A stretch of 64,000 bases of DNA from Prolixibacteraceae bacterium (GTDB taxonomy: Bacteria; Bacteroidota; Bacteroidia; Bacteroidales; Prolixibacteraceae), in assembly GCA_023229575.1 (NCBI GenBank), contig JALNYZ010000009.1, forward strand, positions 69,581 through 133,580. Direction: 5' to 3'. Shown here in pieces: positions 54,044 to 63,365 of the stretch. The stretch's first letter is position 1; the number at the start of each line of letters is the position of its first letter. Made by a program: the position numbers and the translations under genes. The notes beneath the pieces were generated by a model, which made no database searches, was not told where the DNA came from, and worked only from the letters and a program-made list of their open reading frames with translations.

Positions 54044-55492
54044 ATGAAAAAATTGTTGAATTTATTTTTGTCCATTGCTGTCATTTTTTTGATGGCCGTT
54101 GATGTTTCTGCCCAGAAAACCATAAAGGTTAGGTTCAATGAGACCGATGAAGTTTTGATCAATCCGGGAATGGGGTTTATGACCTTTCAAAGGTTTAACG
54201 GGGATGAAACAAATGCCGGGGTTGGCTGGACGGAAGGAAAGCCCATCGATTACCAAAAATTCAGCGGCAATCTGGTAACCAAAGACCATCCCATGACCTC
54301 CATTGCCTATTTCAGGGTTTACTGGAGATATCTGGAACCGGAAATGGGTAAATTTAACTGGGCGATGATCGATTTGGCCCTTAAAACGGCACATGACCGA
54401 AAACAGGCATTGATGCTCCGGATAGCTCCATATGGCGAAGATCCCGATGATGTCCCTGGTTGGTACCGTGCCATGGTTGGAGGCCCCTCTATGTGGCCGG
54501 GACAACCCAAATGGAGGGTTGATGCGGAAGATCCAAGATATCCGCAATACTTTGGAAGGTTTATAACTGAACTTGCCAAACGATATGACGGCCATCCTGA
54601 TCTCGAATCAGTTGACCTGGCCATTGTTGGATTCTGGGGCGAAGGCAGCAACGCTTCCATGCTGACGCAAAGAACCAGGGAGGCCCTGGTAACTGCCTAC
54701 ACCGATCATTTTAAAAAGACCCCGCTGATTATGATGCTGACAGATGAGAAGACAAATAAATTTGGTCTTATTCAGGCTAATGTTGGCTGGAGGGTCGACT
54801 GTATCGGCGATCTTGGATTTTGGTCCAAAGATCAGGCCAATCCTGATTATACCCACATGTACGATTATTATCCGCAGGGAATCATCAACTGGGGTATGAA
54901 AGACGCCTGGAAGAAGGCGCCCATCAGCATGGAAGTTTGCGGCACGATCAAGAGTTGGAAAGGGGAGAGGGGAACCTGCCAATATTGCCAGGGATATACC
55001 ATCGATCAGGTAAATTATATCATCGATGAAACCTTGAAATGGCATATCTCATCCTTCAATGCCAAATCATCCGGGGTACCGGACGAGTGGCGGCCGCTGA
55101 TCGACCGATGGCTCAAGAGGATGGGGTATCGGTTTGTACTGCGGAGTTTTTCTTATCCTGAATTCGTTTCGGCGGGAGGGCAAATCAACTTCAAATCCTG
55201 GTGGGACAACAAGGGTGTAGCGCCCATCTACAAAAAATACCTTCTTGCTGTCAGGTTGACAAATGAAAAAAGATCTGAGGTGATCGTTACCGATGCGGAT
55301 ATCAATTCATGGTTCCCAGGCGACAACCTTTATGATGATTCCGTATTTGTTCCTCAGGAGATGCCTGCCGGCATTTATCAGCTTCAAATTGGTATTGTAG
55401 ACCGTCAGTCGCATCAACCCAAAGTCAACCTCGCCATCCCGGGTAAAGATCCCGAAGGTTGGTATTCGCTTGGGAAAATAGAAATCAAATGA
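54044..55492 (+). CDS. Putative TIM-barrel glycoside hydrolase (DUF4874/DUF4832-like, clan GH-A-like)
   Basis: The ATG at 54044 gives MKKLLNLFLSIAVIFLMAVDVSAQ. Motifs YFRVYWRYLEPEMGKFNW and VGFWGEGS (candidate acid/base Glu). The family assignment is tentative. Confidence 0.45.
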   Translation: MKKLLNLFLSIAVIFLMAVDVSAQKTIKVRFNETDEVLINPGMGFMTFQRFNGDETNAGVGWTEGKPIDYQKFSGNLVTKDHPMTSIAYFRVYWRYLEPEMGKFNWAMIDLALKTAHDRKQALMLRIAPYGEDPDDVPGWYRAMVGGPSMWPGQPKWRVDAEDPRYPQYFGRFITELAKRYDGHPDLESVDLAIVGFWGEGSNASMLTQRTREALVTAYTDHFKKTPLIMMLTDEKTNKFGLIQANVGWRVDCIGDLGFWSKDQANPDYTHMYDYYPQGIINWGMKDAWKKAPISMEVCGTIKSWKGERGTCQYCQGYTIDQVNYIIDETLKWHISSFNAKSSGVPDEWRPLIDRWLKRMGYRFVLRSFSYPEFVSAGGQINFKSWWDNKGVAPIYKKYLLAVRLTNEKRSEVIVTDADINSWFPGDNLYDDSVFVPQEMPAGIYQLQIGIVDRQSHQPKVNLAIPGKDPEGWYSLGKIEIK

Positions 55493-55513
55493 CCTGATTA
55501 AACACTGAATGAA

Positions 55514-57820
55514 ATGAAAAAAATATTTAATTACCTGATACTCTTATCCGTTTTTTCAATAATTACGATTGACCTACCTGCAAGGTCGATTATCACACCT
55601 GAAGATCAGATATATCAAAGACGTGATAGCGGCTACATTACCCTGGGCAACAACCATCTGGAGATCTGCCTTTCAGAGAAGGATGGTACGATCCGTCACC
55701 TGATCAACAAGACCGATAAAGTCGACTATTGCAACCAGGTATTGGGGGCTTCAAACCGCGACCCGGAAGTACCGCTCAAAGAAGAGTTGGTGGGGGAAAG
55801 GATCGGAGGGGTGATGGTCTGTGATGACCTGGCCCAAAAAACATTTTCAGACCTCGCGGGAGGTTCAGTGATTTCGAATATCAGGATACTCAAAAACAAG
55901 GATGGTATTACCTGTACATTTGATAAGGCGTTTAAAGGTGCGGATTTTATCCTCAGACAAAGCTTTACGATCAGGGAGGACCATGTGCGATGGGAACTGC
56001 ATGCCAGAAAAATCCGGGGAGCTGACCGATCACTGAGGCTGGTGCAATTACTACCTTTTCCCACCTGGGAATATTCCTGTTGGGCCCCGATCGCAGAGAC
56101 GATCCCCACCAACCCCTGGTTGCCATTTCAGGTCACCTATGGCCAGCAGGATGCCGGGGCCGTCGGGAACGACAACTGGAGAACCGCCATCCCAATGATG
56201 GTGTTCTGGAGTGGAAGGCAAAAAAACGCCCTCTGTCTGGTTAACCCTTTCGAGATACCGGCAGTCAGGATTCGTTATCGCAATAATATAGGAATTGCCG
56301 AGGACTTTCACTGGAATAGCCGTAACTATAAGCTTGACGAACGTCCCTACCTCCAGGTTATCAGCGAGTACCTCGGACTTCGGGATAAGAAGGAAGCAGT
56401 TACAGGGCTATTGATCACGCTGCAGCCCCGCGACTGGCGTGCCTCCCTTGGGTGGGTCTACAATCAGTACAAAGAGTATTTTGATCCGGCACCGGGGTTT
56501 GGTAAATACGAGGGTAATTATGTTAACTCTGTTCCTTACCCGGACAGTTCCAACCAGGTACAGACCCAGGTCCGTTTCCAAAATTTACACGATCAGCAGT
56601 TCGTCCGGTGGTGGGAGATGCACATGCATTTCCCAAAATACGGTGAGATGGTCCCTCCCGATTCGGTTAAAAGCTGGACTTGCTTCAGTCACCCGAGACC
56701 GGGTTATACCAATAGCCGCGAAAAGATAGCCGCCCATGCGGAGGCCACTCGTGCAGCCGGCGTGGGCTGTTTCATCTATTACAATACAACCGAGAGCACA
56801 TGGTGGCACGCCAGGGACCAATTCCCTGAAAGCATCGCGCGCGATGAAAACGGAAATGTGATAGATGCCTTCATTGGCGCCAATTACCCGGAAAAGAAAG
56901 CATGCTGGTTGATGAATTCTGACCCGGAATCCTCTTTTGGAAAGGATATGTATAAACAAGCCACGGAGATGGTTAAGTTGTACCCTGCTATTGCCGGGTT
57001 TTTCTGGGATGTTTACGGAAGGACCTACAAGTTCGATTTTGCCCATGACGATGGGATTACAATGGTGAACAATAAGCCGGTCTATTTCCCTGAATTTATG
57101 TTCGAACGCATGATAGCGAAGGTAGGTCCTTTGCTGCATGGTAGCGGACGCTACATCACCTGTAACAAACCCACCATGGTCACCGGTTGCAAGGGAATTG
57201 ACGGTATCATGGCCAGGGAAGATACACCTGCACAGGAAAAGAACAAGTGGCTTGTATCCCAGAGCTACCTCGGCCTTAACCGTTATATGATGATATTGGA
57301 CGATCGCTCCTGGCAGCACCCTGAGCGTACACTACTCACCTGCCTGCTTTATGGTTATTTTTTTTCCGATATAAGTCAACCGACAGTCAGGGACTCGAAA
57401 ACCGTATACAATGGGAAGTATGGGACAGGCACTGTAGCTGATCAAAAAGAAAGGGCCCTGGCAATTGAAAAAAACTATCTTCCCCTGATAAAAATGTTCA
57501 AGGGCAGAAAATGGATTTTTTATCCCCGGGCTTTAGAACTGCCACCGATGACCGACGGCAACATTTTCAGACTCGAGGACGGTTCTGTAATGGTTACGAT
57601 GGTAAGCCTCTGGCGTGAACTTAACAACATTCCGGGCAGTGTCGAAGAAGCAATGATCAAGGTACGACTACCGGATGCAGGTGAGTTTAGTAAATTTACA
57701 CTTTATCAACCTGACCGGAATACAGAGAACAAGATTGAGCCCATTTCCCGTCAGGGCGACACCATGACTTTCCGGGTTACCGGGCATAGTCTGGCAAGTG
57801 TTGTTGTGTTGCGGAAATAA
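55514..57820 (+). CDS. Secreted protein of unknown function (768 aa)
   Basis: Signal-like N-terminus MKKIFNYLILLSVFSIITIDLP. I see no recognisable family motif. The middle segment (GCFIYYNTTES...AIAGFFWDVYG) is vaguely reminiscent of glycoside-hydrolase-like TIM barrels. The gene call is firm; the function is open. Confidence 0.5.
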   Translation: MKKIFNYLILLSVFSIITIDLPARSIITPEDQIYQRRDSGYITLGNNHLEICLSEKDGTIRHLINKTDKVDYCNQVLGASNRDPEVPLKEELVGERIGGVMVCDDLAQKTFSDLAGGSVISNIRILKNKDGITCTFDKAFKGADFILRQSFTIREDHVRWELHARKIRGADRSLRLVQLLPFPTWEYSCWAPIAETIPTNPWLPFQVTYGQQDAGAVGNDNWRTAIPMMVFWSGRQKNALCLVNPFEIPAVRIRYRNNIGIAEDFHWNSRNYKLDERPYLQVISEYLGLRDKKEAVTGLLITLQPRDWRASLGWVYNQYKEYFDPAPGFGKYEGNYVNSVPYPDSSNQVQTQVRFQNLHDQQFVRWWEMHMHFPKYGEMVPPDSVKSWTCFSHPRPGYTNSREKIAAHAEATRAAGVGCFIYYNTTESTWWHARDQFPESIARDENGNVIDAFIGANYPEKKACWLMNSDPESSFGKDMYKQATEMVKLYPAIAGFFWDVYGRTYKFDFAHDDGITMVNNKPVYFPEFMFERMIAKVGPLLHGSGRYITCNKPTMVTGCKGIDGIMAREDTPAQEKNKWLVSQSYLGLNRYMMILDDRSWQHPERTLLTCLLYGYFFSDISQPTVRDSKTVYNGKYGTGTVADQKERALAIEKNYLPLIKMFKGRKWIFYPRALELPPMTDGNIFRLEDGSVMVTMVSLWRELNNIPGSVEEAMIKVRLPDAGEFSKFTLYQPDRNTENKIEPISRQGDTMTFRVTGHSLASVVVLRK

Positions 57821-57890
57821 TGCCGGGGACAAGCGAAAATAGTGCATTATTTCCGGAAATGCTGAATTCGGAAATACAAACAGAATGCAC
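57813..57890. promoter_or_regulatory. Dyad and direct-repeat cluster in the only large gap of the 45-64 kb gene array
   Basis: 11-bp stem GGAAATAATGC (57813-57823) / GCATTATTTCC (57844-57854). A 12-nt palindrome ATTTCCGGAAAT (57849-57860). Three CGGAAAT copies at 57812, 57854 and 57869. GTGCATT / AATGCAC at 57842 and 57884. Confidence 0.3.
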
Positions 57891-58044
57891 GAAAAGACCT
57901 CTTTTGGTTGTCACCCTTTTATTTGCAATAAGTGTCTCTATAGAAACTGACACATCATGCCTCAGGACAGATTATTGAGGTTTTCGGTAATACCATCAAG
58001 GACAATACAACAATTCAATCACCCATTTATAAAAAGTAAATACC

Positions 58045-59742
58045 ATGAGATTATCTTTTCACATCACTATCTTGTTCCTGGCCGTTTTTTCTTTTGTTGA
58101 ACTATTTGGTCAGACAACACAGGAAAAGCCATTGAACCCTTTTGCTGTTTCAACTTATGAATGCAGCAGTATCTATTGGGAAACCCCCGAGGCAGGTATT
58201 TGCAAAATCCGTTACAAAGAAGTTTTAGGAAACTCCTGGAAAGAGGGACTGGAACTGGTATATGATGCCCGTGACAGTGAGTACCGTGGAAGTCTGGTTG
58301 GATTGGCGCCAAATACAGAATACCAGGCAGAACTCTCCACCGCTTCTTCAAAAACAAAGTTAAAATTCAAAACCAGGAATGATAATTTCCAAATAGGCAA
58401 AACTACCATACTACCGACTGGTGAATCGGATACCACAGTTGTCATTACCGAATCTGGCACTCCTGAGGCATACCACCTTGTAACTGTTCCTGAAAATGCC
58501 AAGTCGGTTCTTAACCTCAGGAACACCTGCAATTACGGAATTGAGATTGATGCTGATTTCGTTATCCTCCGAGGGGTTGAAATCAGAAATGCGAAGATTC
58601 ATGGAATAAGGGTCAGGGCCAACCGGCATGATATTGTAATTGAACAATGTCATTTGGCTTTCTGGGGAAGAATGGGCGGGCCAATTTCTTACGGGAACTT
58701 TGATGGTAATTCGGACAGCGGTATATGGGCAGACAGCGGGACCGAAAATATTACGGTCCAGCGGAATTTGATCGAAGATCCCAGGGGCGCTTCAAACGAT
58801 TGGGAAACAGGCCATCCAAGTGGTCCCCAGGGAGTGACCATCATTCAAAGCAGAGGTGGAAATGTGATTCGTTACAATGATATTGTGACCACGGAGGATC
58901 ATGGTTTCAATGACGCTATCGGGGGGGCAAACAATTTTTCGTTCGAGGGAAACATGAACAGGAATTCTGATATTTATGGAAATATTATCCGTGGCGCGTG
59001 GGACGATGCGATTGAGAGCGAAGGGGCAAATATGAATGTCCGGATTTGGGGAAACTACCTGCATCGCTTTTTTAACGGCATCGCGAGCGCATGTACATCA
59101 AGGGGGCCTTTGTATTGCTTTAGGAATGTGTTTGGGGAAAGCAGGACCGGCCATAGGAACTCTATTGGGGGATCACTTTTTAAACTGGGCGGCAGAAATG
59201 AATTTGCGGGTGGGAAACGGTTTCTTTTCCACAATACCGCCTTGCAACCCAATGGCGCTTATAATGCATTCAGCAATTTCAGTTCGGAGCTGAACTGCGT
59301 CCATAGCCGAAACAATATTTTTGATACACCCGGAAGAATGGCAACCAATAGAGAGAAGGAGCCACTCAGTATTTATGATTATGATTATTTTCCTGGTTCC
59401 CAGGAAGAGCATGGCATAAGGGTTAGCACTACTCCCTCAGGTACAAGATTGTTTGTAGAGTCATACAAATTGGAATTCTATCCCCGGGTAAATATTATCA
59501 GCATTAATTGGGGAGTTCAACCAAATAAGTTTGGCGACTTGAAGGTTAAAGTAACTGATCCGCTTGGCTGGGTAAAAAACCCAATGATAGATGGAGGTGT
59601 AGTTATTCCTGGATTTAATGACGACTTCAAAGGAAGCGCTCCCGATGCGGGCGCTTTTGAAGTAGGCGCCCCTCCATTGCAATTCGGAAGACGCGCCTAC
59701 CTTGGATATGATGAAGGCTGGTGTCCCTGGGAAAAATTTTAA
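58045..59742 (+). CDS. Secreted FnIII-like plus right-handed parallel beta-helix protein (putative glycanase or lyase)
   Basis: Signal peptide ...VELFGQ. An N-terminal beta-sandwich of about 90 aa (SSIYWETPEAGICKIRY...NTEYQAEL). Then beta-helix rungs (VILRGVEIRNAKIHGIRV, IVIEQCHL, NIIRGAWDDAIESEGANMNVRIWGNYLH). Confidence 0.55.
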   Translation: MRLSFHITILFLAVFSFVELFGQTTQEKPLNPFAVSTYECSSIYWETPEAGICKIRYKEVLGNSWKEGLELVYDARDSEYRGSLVGLAPNTEYQAELSTASSKTKLKFKTRNDNFQIGKTTILPTGESDTTVVITESGTPEAYHLVTVPENAKSVLNLRNTCNYGIEIDADFVILRGVEIRNAKIHGIRVRANRHDIVIEQCHLAFWGRMGGPISYGNFDGNSDSGIWADSGTENITVQRNLIEDPRGASNDWETGHPSGPQGVTIIQSRGGNVIRYNDIVTTEDHGFNDAIGGANNFSFEGNMNRNSDIYGNIIRGAWDDAIESEGANMNVRIWGNYLHRFFNGIASACTSRGPLYCFRNVFGESRTGHRNSIGGSLFKLGGRNEFAGGKRFLFHNTALQPNGAYNAFSNFSSELNCVHSRNNIFDTPGRMATNREKEPLSIYDYDYFPGSQEEHGIRVSTTPSGTRLFVESYKLEFYPRVNIISINWGVQPNKFGDLKVKVTDPLGWVKNPMIDGGVVIPGFNDDFKGSAPDAGAFEVGAPPLQFGRRAYLGYDEGWCPWEKF

Positions 59743-59753
59743 ATTCTAATTCC

Positions 59754-61709
59754 ATGAAAATTCCAAACCATTCACTTGTGATTCTTATCCTGTCGTTTGC
59801 TTTTGTATCATCCTGCAATCAAATGCAAACCTATACTGTCGGAAAAATCAATGATCCCGATCTACTTAAATATCCTGCCCCTGCTCCGGTTCATCCCGTT
59901 TCCAAGAGTTTCGTGGTAACAGGTACAAACCATGTAGAAGAGATTACCGTCAATTCCCGGCATTTAAGAAATCTATCCATCACCATTGAAAATAATGGTA
60001 AAGGAGTCATCAAAGAGCCTCATCTTTTTGGTCCACAGGGTTGGGATTTACGAGGGGATTCGGATGCCTACAAGGCTTTGGCAACAAACATTACCCAGGG
60101 AAATCTTACCAAAGAGCAGAAATTTTTCAGGGCTTTCGAATGGACGGCGCTGCACATTCACAGGGCTGAAATGACCAATGCACCTAATTATACTGGTTAT
60201 TTTCATGCGGGCAATGCTTCCCGCCTTTTGAACCAATATGGTGCCTGCATGTGTGGGGAATTTCACCATGTGGTAAACCCAATCTATGTTAAAATTCCAG
60301 GCGCAGGAATGTATGGGACAATTTACGGTATGGGCGGCCATAATGCTGGTGGCGCCTTCTGGGATGGGAAGTGGCATGATTATAATGGTACCCCGGATAT
60401 TCAGATCGTTCATTATAAAATGGATGGAAAAACCATTGCAACCTGGGAAGAATTAAAAAAAGACCCTGCACCTATTGATTCGCTGAATAAAATTATAGGC
60501 CGACACCTCACTTATGGCAAAAGTCTCGGTCCCGATTCTCCAATATGCCCTTTGAACAGTACACCTTTCCCACCTAAATTTTATGAATCCAATTATCTCG
60601 TAAAATTCAAATACAGCGATTTGAGGCCCAATGAAAAAATGACCCTCTTTTTTGACATGAGGGGTAGATTTGACTCGACCAGCGCCAGATTTAATTCGTA
60701 TAAAGGGGGTGCACCCAGGAGCTGGGTGGATTACGGAAGTGTGGTTTATACCTACATGCCGAACTTTCACAATTCCCTGTATGAGCCTTTCATCGTAGAA
60801 CAAAACAATGTCCAGCGTACCGCAAAGGGATTGATCCCGGTCGATCCTTCAAAACCTTCCTTTGTCGTTTTTGCTTCCAACCATTATCCCTGGTATCATG
60901 TGGGTGCAGATATCAAAGCATGGTTTAAAACGAACGGTAATGTCTATATTGCCCGTAACAATACGATACCAGGCCAGGGAAATCAGGGCGCTGATACTAT
61001 ATACTCAAATCTTACCTGGGCCAAACTGAGTCCTGAACTAAAGGATTACCCTAAATCTTCCATTATTGCGAAGTCCTGTTACTGGATAAAATTTGAATTT
61101 TCGGGCAAGGGTTCAGGCCTCGACAGCGCAGAAGTTTCTTCTGAACTTCAGATGAGCCAGTGGGCTATGCCCGGATTGGAATATGGAAAAAATTACATCC
61201 GTTTCACAGCGAAAGATATGGGAGGCAGTTCTGCCAAAGTCACCTATAACTACGATGATCAATCGACTTATTATTTCTACGAACCTGCAACAAGCCCGAC
61301 AGGAAAACATATCTATCATCGTCTTGGAGGAAAATTACAGCACTCATCAGGGCTTTGGAAAAAATCCGCATTTTGGCCTCGCATGAAGGATTCTACTGAT
61401 GTAACAACAAATGTAACAGTGCGGATTTTCAATGCCCAGAACACCTCCAATATTCGATGCGTCCGGACATTGTTTGCCAATAAACCGCTTCACTGGGGTT
61501 ACTATTGGTGGTACTGGGATGGGAAAGATGATAAAGGAGCGTTACTTCCCCCTGGGATGTACGTCTATCGAATTGAAACAGACAAGGATACTAATCCGGT
61601 CCATGCTGCCTTTGTCTATTTATATCCTGACGGCATTTGGCCTTTGCCCAATGAATTAAGAAACAGCGCCCCGCCAGTTGACGGATTGGAAGATACATCC
61701 CACAACTAA
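59754..61709 (+). CDS. Lipoprotein with a transglutaminase-like Cys/His/Asp core and a C-terminal FlgD-Ig-like domain
   Basis: The ATG at 59754 gives MKIPNHSLVILILSFAFVSSC (lipobox). YGACMCGEFHH ... GGHNAGGAFWDGKWHDYNGTPD fits the G.C..f ... H.w.e...g.W...D.t pattern of the transglutaminase core. The C-terminal WYWDGKDDKGALLPPGMYVYRIE fits the FlgD-Ig pattern. Confidence 0.4.
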   Translation: MKIPNHSLVILILSFAFVSSCNQMQTYTVGKINDPDLLKYPAPAPVHPVSKSFVVTGTNHVEEITVNSRHLRNLSITIENNGKGVIKEPHLFGPQGWDLRGDSDAYKALATNITQGNLTKEQKFFRAFEWTALHIHRAEMTNAPNYTGYFHAGNASRLLNQYGACMCGEFHHVVNPIYVKIPGAGMYGTIYGMGGHNAGGAFWDGKWHDYNGTPDIQIVHYKMDGKTIATWEELKKDPAPIDSLNKIIGRHLTYGKSLGPDSPICPLNSTPFPPKFYESNYLVKFKYSDLRPNEKMTLFFDMRGRFDSTSARFNSYKGGAPRSWVDYGSVVYTYMPNFHNSLYEPFIVEQNNVQRTAKGLIPVDPSKPSFVVFASNHYPWYHVGADIKAWFKTNGNVYIARNNTIPGQGNQGADTIYSNLTWAKLSPELKDYPKSSIIAKSCYWIKFEFSGKGSGLDSAEVSSELQMSQWAMPGLEYGKNYIRFTAKDMGGSSAKVTYNYDDQSTYYFYEPATSPTGKHIYHRLGGKLQHSSGLWKKSAFWPRMKDSTDVTTNVTVRIFNAQNTSNIRCVRTLFANKPLHWGYYWWYWDGKDDKGALLPPGMYVYRIETDKDTNPVHAAFVYLYPDGIWPLPNELRNSAPPVDGLEDTSHN

Positions 61710-61741
61710 AAATCTGATTATAAACGATTAAAAACAATAAT

Positions 61742-63310
61742 ATGATGAAATCATTGAAACGCACCTATGTCCCATATTCTCTTTTAGGAATACCTTCAGC
61801 TTTGGCAAAACCAACACTCCAATTTGTAATTTTGATCGTAATAATTCTATCTGTTAAGAGATGTTACGCAATAGAACAATTGAAAGATGGCGGATTACGC
61901 ATCGGCTGGTCTATTGAAGACATTACACCGGCCGGGCCCGTATCATTGACCGGCCAATATTACGACAGGATATCAACCTACGTCCAAAGCCCGTTAAAAG
62001 TCACTGCATGTGCGATTGAATCTGCAAACGAAATGGGGATCAAAGAGCAGGCCATCATGGTATCGGTAGATCTGGTGGAAATTCCACGCGTGTTACAGGA
62101 TTCGTTAAAGAACCGGGTAAAGAAGCAAATTCCTGATTTTGATGTCAGGAAACTCTTTATGAATGCAACACATGACCATTCCGCAGCCAATCCTGATATT
62201 ACTACTGAATATGGAAAATTCCTGGTTACAAAAGCTTGTCAGGCCGCTGTAACTGCCTGGAACAAACGCAAACCTGCTGGTATCAGCAGGGTGTTGGGAT
62301 ATGCGGTTGTCGGCCATAACCGGCGTGCACAATATGCCAACGGTACCACAGAAATGTATGGGGCAACTGATAGAAAAGATTTTATCGGGATGGAAGGTGC
62401 CACAGATCCCGGAGTTGATATGCTTTACTGTTGGGACCTGAACATGAAGCTGACCGGAATTATCATGAATGTCTCCTGTCCTGCACAGGTAACTGAGGCG
62501 AGATACTATGTTTCAGCGGATTATTGGGGAGAAGTCAGAAATTACATTCAGAAAAAATTCTCCACAGATGTATATATTTTACCCCAGTGTGGAGCTGCCG
62601 GAGATTTGTCCCCCCGCGACCTGCCCCGTGGCTACAGGGGCGGTGAACCCAACATGTGGGATGTTCCGGGCATCGTTGAGATTGGAAGAAGGCTGGCACA
62701 GGTCATTGATGCAACTTATCCGGATGCCACGAAGAACATTCAAACATCCCCCATATTTAAACATACCGTTGCAGATGTCGATCTTCCCAGAAGGAAAGTA
62801 ACGGAAAAAGAATACCAGAAAGCATTGAAGATTGTCACTGAAATACGCTCCAGGGAACCGAAAGATGCCAATTCTCCCAACACCGCGTGGAACAGGTTCC
62901 TGAAGGAGATGCACGACAATGAAAAAATAAGGGATTATGGTCCCTGGGACAACAAAGAATCCGATTTTGGCATCGTAAAAATCAACGAGCGTATATTAAA
63001 TATCTATGCAAATCAAGACAAACACCCAGTTTATCCTGTGGAGTTACATGTTATTCGTATTGGTGATGTGGCAATTGCTTCCAATCCATTTGAACTTTAT
63101 GTCGACTATGGATTTGCTATGAAAGGTAGAAGTAAAGCGAACCAAACCTTTGTGGTCCAATTAACAGGGGATTATGGGGATTATCTGCCCACAGCAAGGG
63201 CTATTCCCGGTGGCCAGTACAGCGCCCTGGTTTCAATAGTTGGGCCGGAAGGCGGGCAAATGCTGGTGGACACAACTGTGAATATGATCAATGGTATGTG
63301 GGGGAAATGA
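61742..63310 (+). CDS. Neutral/alkaline-ceramidase-like N-terminal-domain protein, divergent paralogue 3
   Basis: Collinear with paralogues 1 and 2: IGWSIEDITP, MVSVDL, LFMNATHDHSAAN (HTH replaced by HDH), CPAQVTE, DYWGEVR, GAAGDLSPRDL, HVIRIGDVAIAS, YLPTARAIPGGQYSAL. Confidence 0.55.
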   Translation: MMKSLKRTYVPYSLLGIPSALAKPTLQFVILIVIILSVKRCYAIEQLKDGGLRIGWSIEDITPAGPVSLTGQYYDRISTYVQSPLKVTACAIESANEMGIKEQAIMVSVDLVEIPRVLQDSLKNRVKKQIPDFDVRKLFMNATHDHSAANPDITTEYGKFLVTKACQAAVTAWNKRKPAGISRVLGYAVVGHNRRAQYANGTTEMYGATDRKDFIGMEGATDPGVDMLYCWDLNMKLTGIIMNVSCPAQVTEARYYVSADYWGEVRNYIQKKFSTDVYILPQCGAAGDLSPRDLPRGYRGGEPNMWDVPGIVEIGRRLAQVIDATYPDATKNIQTSPIFKHTVADVDLPRRKVTEKEYQKALKIVTEIRSREPKDANSPNTAWNRFLKEMHDNEKIRDYGPWDNKESDFGIVKINERILNIYANQDKHPVYPVELHVIRIGDVAIASNPFELYVDYGFAMKGRSKANQTFVVQLTGDYGDYLPTARAIPGGQYSALVSIVGPEGGQMLVDTTVNMINGMWGK

Positions 63311-63365
63311 TACAAACATCCTTTAACTCCTTAAAATTTCTATTGTTACATGTACAAATGATAAA

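Noticed and set aside
53626-54595. Two overlapping minus-strand ORFs (178 aa and 177 aa) spanning the DUF5107/DUF4832 junction
   Set aside because: They are shadow ORFs opposite two long + strand genes. They would break the tight co-directional operon and have no motifs.
56585-57319. 244-aa minus-strand ORF
   Set aside because: It lies antisense inside the 768-aa + strand gene, with no family features. The + strand frame is far longer and has a signal peptide.
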